A stretch of 64,000 nucleotides of DNA from Comamonadaceae bacterium (lineage in GTDB: Bacteria > Pseudomonadota > Gammaproteobacteria > Burkholderiales > Burkholderiaceae_C): contig CANJNC010000011.1 of assembly GCA_947475685.1 (NCBI GenBank), forward strand, positions 12,361 to 76,360. The letters run 5' to 3'. The translations under genes and the position numbers were made by a program. This document shows, piece after piece, positions 29,131 through 39,577 of this stretch. Position 1 is the stretch's first letter. Every line of letters starts with the position of its first letter. The notes under the pieces are model-generated. The model worked only from the letters and a program-made list of their open reading frames with translations, had not been told where the DNA came from and searched no databases.

Positions 29131-31524
29131 ATGAAGAAGTCGAATCGTGTTTTCCAACTGTCCTTGTTGAGCATTGCTCTTTTGAGCACGGGATATTTTT
29201 CATCCGCCATGGCGCAAAAGGCGCCTACCGATGTGGGTACCGTCAAAATCACGGGTGAGGGTGATGCATTGGGCAATGGGCTTTTGATTGATGAAGACGG
29301 TGTAAAAACAAAAAGCACTGTTACAAAAGCTTCGATTGACAAAGAGCGTCCAACCGCCAATGCATATCAAGTTTTGAACTTGATGCCCAGTGTCAATGCA
29401 TCGAGCTACGATGCCACAGGACTTTTTGGCGGGAATTTAAGAGTGAGAGGTTTTAACAGTGATCAAATGGGTTTCACCATCAATGGCGCTCCTGTCAATG
29501 ACTCTGGTAACTTTGCCATCTATCCACAAGAGTATTCTGATATTGAGAACATGTGCGAAGTCTTCATTACACAAGGATCTGTGGACACCGATGCACCCCA
29601 TGTAGGCGCCTCAGGCGGTAATGTTGGCATGGTGAGTTGTTCACCCAAGGACAAATTTGGCGGTAAGTTTTCCGGCTCATTGGGCGATTTGAACTTCAAG
29701 CGTTCCTTTTTGCGACTTGATACCGGTTTAATAGGCAAGGAGCATCCCTTTAAAGCCTTTATCTCCTACTCGGCTGCTTCAGTTGATAAATTCAAAGGGC
29801 TTGGTGGCGCCAATCGCCATCACACAGATGTTGGTTTAGATTGGAAGCTGACCGATAACACAACATTGACATCCAACTTACTTTACAACTTTGCTGTAAA
29901 TAATAATTTTTTGACTCTGACCAAAGCGGAGTTTGCTCAAAATCAAAACCTTGATTTCAGCTCCACGGTACCTCAGCACCTGGCATCGGGCTCGGAGAAC
30001 ACCACTGCCAATTTTGGTACCAGCAGCGCTGGTGCAACGCCAAGAACCAAGTTGGCTTACTACAACTACTCTTTGAATCCATTTGAGAACTATCTCTTCA
30101 CCTCACGTTTGCAAACTCGAGTTGATGATAAATTGACCCTGAGTGCAGAGCCCTATTTTTGGTACGGTTATGGCACTGGTGGTACTCAGCAGACAACGCT
30201 TGCCGAATCAAGCACTGGATTTCGCGCAGGGATTGCAGATATCAACAAAAATGGCAATACAACCGACACAGTCGGTATCTACAGAGGAAGTGTGACCGAG
30301 ACGAACCGCCCAGGCATTACATTCAAAGCCAATTACGACCTAGGCGATCACAAGATTTTGGCCGGATTGTGGATGGAGCAAGCTCGTCATCGTCAAACTC
30401 AGCCTGCGACCACCATGGACAACAGTGGAACTGTTTCTGACCTTTGGCTAAGAAATAATTTATTGAAATACAACGATGGTAGTTTGTATGAGGGTAGAAA
30501 TTACAAAACCGTATCCACTGCTTACTCCTTGTTCTTACAAGACACGATTTCCATGGGTCGCTTGGACGTCGTTCCTGGTGTGAGATTTTCTTCCATCAAG
30601 CGTGACTTTACCAACTACGCATCAAGTGGATCTGGCTTAGGAGCAGATTATTCTACTGACAGAACATTCACCAAACCTTTGATGTCTTTAGGTGCGCGTT
30701 ACAAAATCGACGACTCATTGCAAGCTTACGCAAACGTTTCACAAAATTTGCGTGCCCCGTCTAATTTTGTCTTGGCAGGCTGGGTCACTGGCGGAACGTA
30801 TGCCAATGGCGCATTGACTGGATATAAACTTGTTGCTAACAACTCCATTCAAGCTGAGACATCGGTTGCGACTGAGGCTGGTCTGCGTATCACTGAGGGA
30901 GATGTCAAAGGATCAGTTTCATTGTTCCAAGTCAACTTCAAGAATCGAATTGCTCAAGGATTCAATCCTGACACGGCCACTTACACTGACTACAACGTTG
31001 GGGACTCGACCATCAAGGGTTTAGAGCTGCAAATGGGCACCAAGCCCGTCAACGGTTGGAGTGTGTTTGGTTCTGCAACGTACACGCAAAGCACAATCTC
31101 TAACAACTTTCCCGCAACGGCAACAAGCACCTTGCCCACTGCTGGCGCCACGTTCCCTGACACACCTCAGTGGATGTATGCTGCCTCTGTGCAATACGCT
31201 TCTGGCCCTTATCTCGCGTCCTTGTCTGGTAAGTACACGGGCAAGCGTTACACCACACTGGTCAACGACGAGTTCTTAGATGCCTATACGGTGTTTGACT
31301 TGAATGCGGGCTATCGCTTTGACAATGGTGCTTTCTTCAAGAGCCCAACAGTGCGTTTGAATGTGAGTAATTTGTTCAACAAGAACTATTTGATTGCCAA
31401 TTCTGGAAGTGGCTCAAACATCACCACCTCCACAACGGCAGCCAGTTCACAAGGCGGTGGTTTTCCAAGCTACTATGTTGGAGCGCCCAGGTTTGTCAGC
31501 ATGTCTTTTAGCTCAGACTTCTAA
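29131..31524 (+). CDS. TonB-dependent outer membrane receptor (797 aa)
   Basis: Signal peptide, TonB-box-like DVGTVKITG, plug NLRVRGF…DGFTING-like segment, beta-barrel periodicity, terminal Phe (SSDF). Confidence 0.94.
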   Translation: MKKSNRVFQLSLLSIALLSTGYFSSAMAQKAPTDVGTVKITGEGDALGNGLLIDEDGVKTKSTVTKASIDKERPTANAYQVLNLMPSVNASSYDATGLFGGNLRVRGFNSDQMGFTINGAPVNDSGNFAIYPQEYSDIENMCEVFITQGSVDTDAPHVGASGGNVGMVSCSPKDKFGGKFSGSLGDLNFKRSFLRLDTGLIGKEHPFKAFISYSAASVDKFKGLGGANRHHTDVGLDWKLTDNTTLTSNLLYNFAVNNNFLTLTKAEFAQNQNLDFSSTVPQHLASGSENTTANFGTSSAGATPRTKLAYYNYSLNPFENYLFTSRLQTRVDDKLTLSAEPYFWYGYGTGGTQQTTLAESSTGFRAGIADINKNGNTTDTVGIYRGSVTETNRPGITFKANYDLGDHKILAGLWMEQARHRQTQPATTMDNSGTVSDLWLRNNLLKYNDGSLYEGRNYKTVSTAYSLFLQDTISMGRLDVVPGVRFSSIKRDFTNYASSGSGLGADYSTDRTFTKPLMSLGARYKIDDSLQAYANVSQNLRAPSNFVLAGWVTGGTYANGALTGYKLVANNSIQAETSVATEAGLRITEGDVKGSVSLFQVNFKNRIAQGFNPDTATYTDYNVGDSTIKGLELQMGTKPVNGWSVFGSATYTQSTISNNFPATATSTLPTAGATFPDTPQWMYAASVQYASGPYLASLSGKYTGKRYTTLVNDEFLDAYTVFDLNAGYRFDNGAFFKSPTVRLNVSNLFNKNYLIANSGSGSNITTSTTAASSQGGGFPSYYVGAPRFVSMSFSSDF

Positions 31525-31530
31525 AAGTTC

Positions 31531-32091
31531 ATGACTGAGTTTTTACACCAAGCCTCATTTGGGCTGATGATCATCTCTGCCATCATTGCAACCGTGGTGA
31601 GTGTGGAGAGGATCATCTTCTCCAGTATGAATCTCAAGCGTGCAAAACTTTTGACAGCCAGCATCGACACACAAAGAGGCTCTATGGGGTCTTTGTTGGG
31701 CCAAGATGTGGTGTCTGAAATGGTGCAAAAACTCTTGGACGATAAGGCTCAAAACTTTGCACCTGCTGTTCAACAAGACAGGGCTGACGCCGCATTTATT
31801 CACGCAAAAGATGAATTGGGCGATAGACTTTGGATGCTTGACACGATTGTGACCGCAGCGCCATTGATGGGGCTCTTGGGGACCATTTTTGGCATTGTGG
31901 ATACCTTCTTGGCACTTTCCAAGTCCGGTATGTCTGACCCCGCGGGGGTCAGTGCAGGCATTGGAACGGCTCTTTACGCCACAGCTCTGGGGATTTCTAT
32001 TGCTTTGATAGGCCTTTTTGCCTTTAACTTTTTGAGTGACCGCAATGAGAGAATAGGTGAGCATTTGAAGATGTTGATTTTGCGTCTTTAA
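31531..32091 (+). CDS. exbB: ExbB/MotA/TolQ proton channel
   Basis: TIVTAAPLMGLLGTIFGI, GIGTALYATALGI. Confidence 0.92.
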   Translation: MTEFLHQASFGLMIISAIIATVVSVERIIFSSMNLKRAKLLTASIDTQRGSMGSLLGQDVVSEMVQKLLDDKAQNFAPAVQQDRADAAFIHAKDELGDRLWMLDTIVTAAPLMGLLGTIFGIVDTFLALSKSGMSDPAGVSAGIGTALYATALGISIALIGLFAFNFLSDRNERIGEHLKMLILRL

Positions 32092-32117
32092 GCTTCAACC
32101 TTTGATGAGGCACACCC

Positions 32118-32157
32118 GCCGCTAACTGGATCTTGAGCCAGTTGGCGGCCTTTTTTT
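32118..32157 (+). terminator. Terminator after exbB
   Basis: GCCGCTAACTGG-atcttgag-CCAGTTGGCGGC then T7. Confidence 0.85.
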
Positions 32158-32243
32158 ATGTGTTCGATCAGCCCATTCCTTCATTGGGGTGAGTTTTCTG
32201 CGCTTTGTGCTCAATGGGGTTCCCTTTGAGGGCTTCAAATTTA

Positions 32244-32257
32244 CCTTAAGTGTTTGA
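32244..32257 (+). repeat. Right copy of 14-bp direct repeat CCTTAAGTGTTTGA
   Basis: Exact match to 18464-18477; 94 bp upstream of the psd start. Confidence 0.85.
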
Positions 32258-32351
32258 TTTCATTTGAGAAAAACTCATTTTTTGAAATGAATTAAAAAGT
32301 TCTCTTAGCCCATTACAATCAAAGGCAACAAGATTTACCAAAGGTGCTGCC

Positions 32352-33002
32352 TTGAATTATCCACATCCTATTTTGGCAAGAGAAGGTTGGCCTTATATTG
32401 CCATGAGTTTGATTGCAGCCTTTGTGGCCCACTGGCAGGGAGGGTGGGCCTGGGGTTTGCTCTTTGATCTGATGGGTGTTTTTGTCATCCAGTTTTTTCG
32501 TGACCCTCCCAGAGAAATTCCCCGTGAAGAGGATGCGGTTTTGTCGCCCGCAGATGGTCGAGTGATCAAGGTCGAGCGGGCTTTTGATCCTTACGCCAAT
32601 CGAGAAGCGATTTTGATCAGTGTATTCATGAATGTGTTCAATGTTCATAGCAACCGAGTGAGCGTGAACGGCACCGTCAGCAAGATTGAGTATTTTCCGG
32701 GTAAGTTTTTCAATGCAGATTTAGACAAGGCCTCTACAGAAAATGAGCGCAATGCCATGGTCATTGAAGCTGAATTTGCCGGGCACTCCAAAACCATCAC
32801 TTTGGTGCAGGTTGCAGGCCTGATTGCCAGAAGAATCCTTTGCTATGTCCAAGTTGGAGATCAGCTTCAAAAAGGTCAGCGTTATGGGTTCATTCGTTTC
32901 GGCTCTAGAGTGGACGTGTATTTACCCATCGACGCGATCGTGAAAGTTTCTCCTGGAGATAAAGTCTCTGCGACCATGACCATTTTGGCTAAATTAAGCT
33001 GA
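32352..33002 (+). CDS. psd: Phosphatidylserine decarboxylase proenzyme
   Basis: [31 protein letters not shown] (GS autocleavage site). Confidence 0.96.
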   Translation: MNYPHPILAREGWPYIAMSLIAAFVAHWQGGWAWGLLFDLMGVFVIQFFRDPPREIPREEDAVLSPADGRVIKVERAFDPYANREAILISVFMNVFNVHSNRVSVNGTVSKIEYFPGKFFNADLDKASTENERNAMVIEAEFAGHSKTITLVQVAGLIARRILCYVQVGDQLQKGQRYGFIRFGSRVDVYLPIDAIVKVSPGDKVSATMTILAKLS

Positions 33003-33038
33003 TGGGCTTTGAGCATTTAAGTACTTGTATTTTAAGGA

Positions 33039-33893
33039 TTGAAACAGATGAATTCCCTTGAGCCCTCTGAGGTGAAGCACAGCGCTAGAAAGCCCCGCAA
33101 AGGGATTTACATGTTGCCCAATTTGGTGACATTGGCTGCTTTGTTTGGTGGTTTTTACTCCATCGTGATGGCGATGAACGATCGCTTTGACGCGGCCACC
33201 ATGGGTGTTTTTTGCGCCATGATTTTGGACAGCTTAGATGGCCGTGTTGCTCGCATGACCAATACGCAAAGTGCGTTTGGTGAGCAAATGGATTCTTTGG
33301 CCGATATGGTGTCCTTTGGAGCAGCTCCTGCCTTGATCTCTTATGAATGGGCCCTAAAGGGCTTGGGTCGCTGGGGCTGGATAGCTGCATTTTTGTACTG
33401 TGCCTGCGCTGCGCTGCGTTTGGCCAGGTTCAATGTGAACACGAGCGTGGTAGACAAGCGATTTTTTCAGGGCTTGCCTTCCCCAGCTGCCGCGGCGGTC
33501 ATCGCGGGTTTTATTTGGCTGATCAACGACGCGGGTATAGAGGGCCCAACGGTTGCTTGGGGGATGTTTGCGCTTAGTTTATTCGCAGGTTTGAGCATGG
33601 TGACCAATGCGCCTTATTACAGTTTCAAAGATATTCAAATGAAGCAAAGCGTCCCCTTTGCAACCATTGTTTTATTGGCCTTGATCATTGCCGTCATCAA
33701 TATCCATCCGCCCACCGTCTTGTTTGCTTTGTTTGTCGGGTACGCTTTATCTGGTTACCTCATTTACGCTTGGCGAAAGGCCAGCGGCTTACAAACAAGC
33801 GTGATCAGCACTTCAACGCATGAACCCGAAGAGTCTGGGCTTCACGACTTGGAGCCGGAAAAAGACGATCAACCCAAACAGCCGCAACGCTAA
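33039..33893 (+). CDS. pssA: CDP-diacylglycerol--serine O-phosphatidyltransferase
   Basis: LPNLVT, DSLDGRVARMTNTQSAFGEQMDSLADMVSFG (CDP-alcohol phosphotransferase motif). Confidence 0.96.
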   Translation: MKQMNSLEPSEVKHSARKPRKGIYMLPNLVTLAALFGGFYSIVMAMNDRFDAATMGVFCAMILDSLDGRVARMTNTQSAFGEQMDSLADMVSFGAAPALISYEWALKGLGRWGWIAAFLYCACAALRLARFNVNTSVVDKRFFQGLPSPAAAAVIAGFIWLINDAGIEGPTVAWGMFALSLFAGLSMVTNAPYYSFKDIQMKQSVPFATIVLLALIIAVINIHPPTVLFALFVGYALSGYLIYAWRKASGLQTSVISTSTHEPEESGLHDLEPEKDDQPKQPQR

Positions 33894-33954
33894 AAAACAA
33901 CGCTGCAAAATCCTTCCAATTTGCCCTCAAGATAATTGTGTTAAACTTCATATC

Positions 33955-34005
33955 ATGAACAAATTGCTGTCTCTGCTATTGCTGCGCTTTAACGGGCGGA
34001 GTTAG
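33955..34005 (+). CDS. leuL: leu leader peptide MNKLLSLLLLRFNGRS
   Basis: Six Leu in seven codons (TTG CTG tct CTG CTA TTG CTG), upstream of leuA. Confidence 0.85.
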   Translation: MNKLLSLLLLRFNGRS

Positions 34006-34059
34006 ACGCGAGCGTTCAAACCCCAAAGAAGCCCGTATGCAGTCGCAACGGGCTTTTTT
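33955..34059 (+). promoter_or_regulatory. Leucine transcription attenuator
   Basis: Terminator AAGCCCGT…ACGGGCTT + T tract (34029-34059); ACGGGC (33992-97) can pair with GCCCGT (34031-36) as antiterminator; 1:2 pause hairpin across the leader. Confidence 0.88.
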
Positions 34060-34119
34060 GTTGTGCGGCTCGGGTGAATTGGGAAAAGTCAAAAGAAATT
34101 AATTGCTAAGGAGTATTTC

Positions 34120-35658
34120 ATGGCCGACAAATTGATCATTTTTGATACCACATTAAGAGATGGTGAGCAGTCCCCCGGGGCCTCTATGACCAAAGACGAG
34201 AAGTTGCGCATTGCTCGTCAACTGGAGCGCTTGAAGGTGGATGTGATTGAGGCAGGCTTTGCGGCGAGCTCCAATGGTGACTTTGAAGCCGTGCAATCCA
34301 TTGCAAAAACCATCAAGGACTCCATTGTTTGCTCGCTCTCAAGGGCAAATGATCGAGATATCAGTCAAGCTGCTTTGGCTCTTAAGAGTGCTCAGCAAGG
34401 ACGAATTCACACCTTCATTGCAACCTCGGCGCTTCACATGGAGAAGAAGCTTCGCATGACGCCTGAACAAGTGCTCGAGCAAGCAAAACTCTCGGTTCGA
34501 TTTGCCAAAAATTTGGTCGCCGATGTTGAGTTCAGTCCAGAAGATGGCTACAGAAGCGACGAGGATTTTTTGTGCAGAGTCATTGAAGCTGTGATTGCCG
34601 AAGGGGCAACGACCATCAATGTGCCTGACACGGTAGGTTATGCGGTGCCTGAGTTGTACGGCCAGTTCATTAAAAATTTACGACAACGCGTGCCCAACAG
34701 CGACAAGGCCATTTGGTCCGTTCATTGTCACAATGACTTAGGCATGGCTGTGGCCAATTCCTTGGCCGGCGTGATGATTGGAGGCGCAAGGCAAGTGGAG
34801 TGCACCATCAATGGCTTGGGCGAGCGTGCAGGTAACTGCTCACTTGAGGAGATTGTGATGGCGGTCAAAACCCGCAAGGACTACTACGGTTTGGAGATCG
34901 GCATCGATGCCAAGCACATTGTGGCGACCAGTAAAATGGTGAGTCAAACCACGGGCTTTGTGGTGCAACCCAACAAAGCGGTGGTGGGCGCGAACGCGTT
35001 TGCGCATGCCTCAGGTATTCACCAAGACGGTGTTCTAAAAGCTCGCGACACCTATGAGATCATGCGAGCAGAGGACGTGGGTTGGAGTGCCAATAAGATT
35101 GTCTTGGGCAAGTTAAGCGGTCGCAATGCGTTCAAGCAAAGGCTGCAAGACTTGGGCGTTCAACTCGAGAGTGAGACGGATATCAATACCGCGTTTTCAA
35201 AATTCAAAGAATTGGCTGATCGCAAAAGCGACATCTTTGATGAAGACATTTTGGCCTTGGTCAGTGATGACAGCGTGACTCAGGGCCAAGAGCAGTTCTC
35301 CTTTGTGTCTTTGTCTCAACGAAGTGAGACCGGGGAAAAGCCGTTTGCTAGCATTGTCTTTAAAGTGCAAGGTCAAGAGGTCAAAAGCGAGTCTGAGGGC
35401 AACGGCCCTGTGGACGCTTCACTTAAAGCCATTGAAAGCTTTGTCAAAAGCGGGGCCGAGATGGTTCTGTATTCTGTCAACGCCATCAGTGGTTCAACCG
35501 AGTCCCAAGGGGAGGTGACTGTTCGTTTGCAAAACAGTGGGCGTGTGGTCAATGGCGTTGGATCTGACCCCGATATTGTGGTGGCTTCGAGCAAGGCCTA
35601 TTTGAGTGCTTTAAACAAACTGCAAAGTAAATCCGATCGCGTTGCCGCCCAAGGGTAA
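34120..35658 (+). CDS. leuA: 2-isopropylmalate synthase
   Basis: [32 protein letters not shown]-terminal regulatory GNGPVDA. Confidence 0.98.
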   Translation: MADKLIIFDTTLRDGEQSPGASMTKDEKLRIARQLERLKVDVIEAGFAASSNGDFEAVQSIAKTIKDSIVCSLSRANDRDISQAALALKSAQQGRIHTFIATSALHMEKKLRMTPEQVLEQAKLSVRFAKNLVADVEFSPEDGYRSDEDFLCRVIEAVIAEGATTINVPDTVGYAVPELYGQFIKNLRQRVPNSDKAIWSVHCHNDLGMAVANSLAGVMIGGARQVECTINGLGERAGNCSLEEIVMAVKTRKDYYGLEIGIDAKHIVATSKMVSQTTGFVVQPNKAVVGANAFAHASGIHQDGVLKARDTYEIMRAEDVGWSANKIVLGKLSGRNAFKQRLQDLGVQLESETDINTAFSKFKELADRKSDIFDEDILALVSDDSVTQGQEQFSFVSLSQRSETGEKPFASIVFKVQGQEVKSESEGNGPVDASLKAIESFVKSGAEMVLYSVNAISGSTESQGEVTVRLQNSGRVVNGVGSDPDIVVASSKAYLSALNKLQSKSDRVAAQG

Positions 35659-35778
35659 ATACTGAGTGGATTGCTTAGGCTGGACTTTGACACCCAGTAA
35701 GCCTGGAGAGTTTGGTTAAATTTCAGTTTTTTTAAATAAAATCCTAAACTTGGATCGTGGTTATTTAAGCAACTTTAC

Positions 35779-35814
35779 AAAAATCATGCAAGTCTTTGAT
35801 CTTGCATGATTTTT
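35779..35814. repeat. Perfect 14-bp inverted repeat (terminator or operator) between leuA and pbpG
   Basis: AAAAATCATGCAAG-tctttgat-CTTGCATGATTTTT. Confidence 0.7.
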
Positions 35815-35994
35815 TATTTCTTGATACACTCGCACTCATCTTGAAGGCAACGCATGGGTTGTGTATCGACCTTTTGCACCGATAGCGTGCAAAAGCTCCA
35901 AGCTTTGGCCCAAGATCTGCGTGTACAGTTTACAAGCGACCTGTCGATCATTGAAAGGTGTTTGGCGGAGTTGGCTGACCTCTCTAGGAGAAAT

Positions 35995-36978
35995 GTGTTG
36001 ATCAAACTAATTTGGATCTCTTGTGTGCTTTGCTTGCTTGGCGGATTGGCTCAGGCGAAAGTGTCCTCTGCGGATGATCAAAAGGTGACAGTGGTCAAAT
36101 ACAAAGATGGCACCGTGAGGCACAGGTCCATCAAAATGAAAAGGGCCGTCAAGCGCGTATCTATACCGTCCAAACCCTCTTTTGGTCAATTGGCGGGCTT
36201 GCATCAATTGTCGGATGACTTGTCGCTCAAATCAAGCGTTGCCTACGTCATCGATCAAGAAACGCATGAAGTTTTATTGAGTAAAAACGATCAAGTTGTT
36301 TTGCCTATTGCATCCATCACAAAGCTCATGACGGGATTGATTGTGAGCGAGAACAAGTTGGATTTGTCTCAACCCATCACCATCACAGATGAAGATGTGG
36401 ACACTGAGAAAGGCAGCTCTTCAAGACTGAGGGTCGGCACCACATTGACCCGTGGTGAAATGCTTCATTTGGCCTTGATGGCCAGTGAGAACCGAGCGGC
36501 ACACGCCTTGGGTCGCACCTATCCCGAAGGGGGCCTTGGTGGGTTTGTGCAAAAGATGAACGAAAAAGCCCTTCAATTGGGCATGAAGGACACGAGCTAC
36601 TACGAGCCCACAGGCTTGTCCAGTAAAAATCAGTCCAGTGCGAAAGATTTGGCAACTTTGGTGGGCCATGCCTATCAAGACGCTTTGCTCAGAGAGTACT
36701 CAACCTCTGCAAGTCACTCCGTTGAAGTGGGCTCCAGGTTGATGAATTTTCACACGACCAATCGTTTGGTCAAAAACCCCAATTGGGAAATTGGTCTTCA
36801 AAAGACGGGCTATATTTCTGAGGCGGGACAATGCCTGGTGATGCAAGCCAAAATTGCGGGTCGTCAGCTGATCATGGTGTTCTTGGACTCTGCAGGCAAA
36901 CTCAGTCGAATTGCTGACGCCGAGCGTGTAAGGCATTGGGTTGAGGCGCAACAAAAATTCATCGTACCCCAAAGCTAA
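35995..36978 (+). CDS. pbpG: D-alanyl-D-alanine endopeptidase (PBP7 type)
   Basis: SxxK (ASITK), SEN, KTG; AGGAG SD at 35986-90 favours GTG35995/TTG35998 over the ORF-track start 35854. Confidence 0.9.
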   Translation: MLIKLIWISCVLCLLGGLAQAKVSSADDQKVTVVKYKDGTVRHRSIKMKRAVKRVSIPSKPSFGQLAGLHQLSDDLSLKSSVAYVIDQETHEVLLSKNDQVVLPIASITKLMTGLIVSENKLDLSQPITITDEDVDTEKGSSSRLRVGTTLTRGEMLHLALMASENRAAHALGRTYPEGGLGGFVQKMNEKALQLGMKDTSYYEPTGLSSKNQSSAKDLATLVGHAYQDALLREYSTSASHSVEVGSRLMNFHTTNRLVKNPNWEIGLQKTGYISEAGQCLVMQAKIAGRQLIMVFLDSAGKLSRIADAERVRHWVEAQQKFIVPQS

Positions 36979-37037
36979 GAGGTCTCGGACTTTGTTCGGT
37001 ACGTCTGTGCTTTAAAGCACACTTACAGAGTTTTTGT

Positions 37038-37820
37038 TCATTGGGCGTCGCCAAGAGCCTTTGAGATCTCTAGTGCGGTACTTTGAAGATGAGCAAGCCA
37101 CTGCGCATCCAGTCTATCTGCTGGCGCTGAGATGGACAAACCAGCGACCAATTGATGTTCATCGTCATAAATTCCACAAGCCATGCACCTCACACCCAGT
37201 TCCAATTCTTCGTTGTCCCTGGCGACTCCACTTTGTTTGACCTTTGACAACTCAAGCTCTAAAGCATCAAGGTGGGTGATGCTGTTGGTGGTGTTGCCAA
37301 ACAGCTTGGTTCTTTGAGCATACGCTCTCATTTTCACGGGATCTTCAGCGGCTAAAAAAAGCTTTCCCACCGAGGTCAAATGCAAGGGGGCCCGTCCGCC
37401 AATCGCTCTAACGACTTGCATGCCAGAGCGTTCACTGTAAGCGCGCTCGATGTAGACGATCTCGTCTCCTTGCCTGAGACTTAAATTGACAGACTGCTCA
37501 ATCAGGTGGTGCAGGTTTCTCATGGGCTCAAGTGCCGCATCGCGGACATTCAAACGCGCTTTGACCAAATTGCCCAACTCCAAAAACCGCATGCCCAATC
37601 TGTAGGTGCCCGATTCGGGTCGATCAATGTAGTGACCAAGGGCCAAGTCGTTCAAAATACGGTGGGCAGTCGAGGGGTGGAGTTGCGTTTTTTCGCTGAT
37701 TTCTTTAAGGCTCATGGCCTCTTGTCTAGAGGCCAGCAAGTCCATGAGTTTGAAGATTCTCTCAATGACTTGAATGGCGGGTGTCTGAGAGCTTGGGTCT
37801 GAGGGGTGCGTGTTTGCCAT
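37038..37820 (-). CDS. IclR family transcriptional regulator
   Basis: HTH LHPSTAHRILNDL, GGRAPLHLTSVGK, EELELGVRC. Confidence 0.94.
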   Translation of the reverse strand: MANTHPSDPSSQTPAIQVIERIFKLMDLLASRQEAMSLKEISEKTQLHPSTAHRILNDLALGHYIDRPESGTYRLGMRFLELGNLVKARLNVRDAALEPMRNLHHLIEQSVNLSLRQGDEIVYIERAYSERSGMQVVRAIGGRAPLHLTSVGKLFLAAEDPVKMRAYAQRTKLFGNTTNSITHLDALELELSKVKQSGVARDNEELELGVRCMACGIYDDEHQLVAGLSISAPADRLDAQWLAHLQSTALEISKALGDAQ

Positions 37821-37860
37821 GACGCAATCTTAACTGTTTAATGACCCTGGGCCTGCAAAC

Positions 37861-38610
37861 TTAGGCCACATCAACCCATTGCCCATGTTCCAGGACTTGG
37901 AAAGGTTTAAACAAAGACTTGTATCTCATCTTTGCACTTTCGTTGATCAAGTAGCCTAAATAGACATAGGGCAAGTTCATTTGACGCGCTTGTTCGATTT
38001 GCCACATGACACTAAAGACGCCAAAACTGCTTTGACTCTCGGGTTCAAAAAACGTGTACACCGCTGACAAGCCGTCATTCAAAACATCCAAAATCGAGAC
38101 CATTTTCACCTCTGAGAGGCCCGTTTGGGGATCGGTTTGTCTGAACTCAACCAGTCTGGAGTTGACCCTTGATTGCAGGAGAAACTGCGCGTACTGCTCC
38201 ACGCTGTCTTGATCCATGCCGCCGCCTTCGTGGCGACTGATTTGATAGCGCAGGTACAAGTCGTAATGCGCTTGAACAAAATTCAATCGCATGGTGCGAA
38301 CCTCAAGGGCAAGGTGGGCTTTGTAGGCTCTTTTTTGGCTGCGATTGGGTTGGTACAAGTCGGCTTTGATCCGAAGGGGAAGGCAGGCTTGGCAATCATC
38401 GCAATGGGGTCGATAGGTGAACAAGCCCGAACGTCTAAAGCCCTGGGTGACCAGGTCTGAATACACATCGCTGTTGATCAAGTGTCCGGGAGAGGCGACT
38501 TGTGACCTTGCGTCGCGATCGCTCAAGTAACTGCACGGATAAGGGGCCGTGGAGTAGTACTGTAAGCTTTGAAGGGGGAGGTCCTTTAAGTGCGTCACGA
38601 TCAGGTTCAA
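37861..38610 (-). CDS. bpt: Aspartate/glutamate leucyltransferase (ATE1-like, often annotated arginyltransferase)
   Basis: PYPCSYL, GFRRSG…[23 protein letters not shown]…KMRYK. Confidence 0.92.
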   Translation of the reverse strand: MNLIVTHLKDLPLQSLQYYSTAPYPCSYLSDRDARSQVASPGHLINSDVYSDLVTQGFRRSGLFTYRPHCDDCQACLPLRIKADLYQPNRSQKRAYKAHLALEVRTMRLNFVQAHYDLYLRYQISRHEGGGMDQDSVEQYAQFLLQSRVNSRLVEFRQTDPQTGLSEVKMVSILDVLNDGLSAVYTFFEPESQSSFGVFSVMWQIEQARQMNLPYVYLGYLINESAKMRYKSLFKPFQVLEHGQWVDVA

Positions 38611-39383
38611 GAGGGTGATGAAAGGCGAGGGTGTATCAATATCTCTTGCCAGTATATCGGCTTAAAAATCCAAAGAGGCGCTTTTTGATTCAATTGTGGT
38701 GAAATTCTATTTAAAAAATCCGCTCTATCGATCGTCTGCCCTCCTAGTGAACTCAAATGGGCTGTTTTTTGTTGACAGTCAATGAGCTCAATTCGGTGGT
38801 GCTTGGCAAATGCCACCAAAGCACTGAGTGCAATTTTTGAGGCATCGGTTTGCAAAGTGAACATGGATTCTCCAAAAATGGCGCGCCCTATGTTGACCAA
38901 GTAAAGCCCGCCCACCAAAACACCGTCTTGCCAAGTCTCTATGCTATGGGCGAGACCCGCCAAATGCAGTTGATGGTAAGCATCTAACATTTCGGGCGTG
39001 ATCCAAGTTCCCCCCTGTCCCTCTCGCTCCATGCCAGCGCAGTGTTCAATGACCCTTAAAAAAGCGCTGTCCACCTTGATTTCACAACCGGGCTTTTGAA
39101 TGAAGCGTTTGAGGCTTTTTTTGAGCGACGCGCTCAACTTGAATTTGACAGGTTCCAACACCATTCTGGGGTCGGTGCTCCACCAAAGGACGGGCTGCCC
39201 CGAGCTGTACCATGGGAATATGCCTTTTGTGTAGGCCTCTTGAAGTCGTTTCACGCTCAAGCCCCCACCGGCCGCCAACAAGCCTGGAGCACTTGAATCC
39301 TTTCCCCATGCTTGATCGAGCGATGGAAAAGGCGTGTTGTCCTCTAAGACGACGATTGAAGGGCGTGGAGATTGACTCAGCAT
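38607..39383 (-). CDS. aat: Leucyl/phenylalanyl-tRNA--protein transferase
   Basis: [21 protein letters not shown]…FGESMF, DASKIAL. Confidence 0.96.
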   Translation of the reverse strand: MLSQSPRPSIVVLEDNTPFPSLDQAWGKDSSAPGLLAAGGGLSVKRLQEAYTKGIFPWYSSGQPVLWWSTDPRMVLEPVKFKLSASLKKSLKRFIQKPGCEIKVDSAFLRVIEHCAGMEREGQGGTWITPEMLDAYHQLHLAGLAHSIETWQDGVLVGGLYLVNIGRAIFGESMFTLQTDASKIALSALVAFAKHHRIELIDCQQKTAHLSSLGGQTIDRADFLNRISPQLNQKAPLWIFKPIYWQEILIHPRLSSPS

Positions 39384-39577
39384 GACATTGGAGAGGGGCT
39401 TGGACTGGATTTTTATTGGTTTTCATGGCATGATAGAGGGTTTTTGGACGTCAATCAACGCCAGTGATTGAGCGCTTCAGTAAAGCTTAGGGCAAAGCCA
39501 CTCAAAAGCCACAAATTCAACCAGCCTGTTCAAGAGCAAGTTGTCTCAAAAGCAAATGCAAAGGGAAAAAAGCAGTC

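Larger units (their letters stand above)
18464..32257. mobile_element. Putative 13.8-kb genomic island between ilvC and psd
   Basis: Interrupts the usual betaproteobacterial ilvC-psd-pssA-leuA order; flanked by an exact 14-bp direct repeat; accessory content and visibly AT-richer stretches. No integrase inside. Confidence 0.6.
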
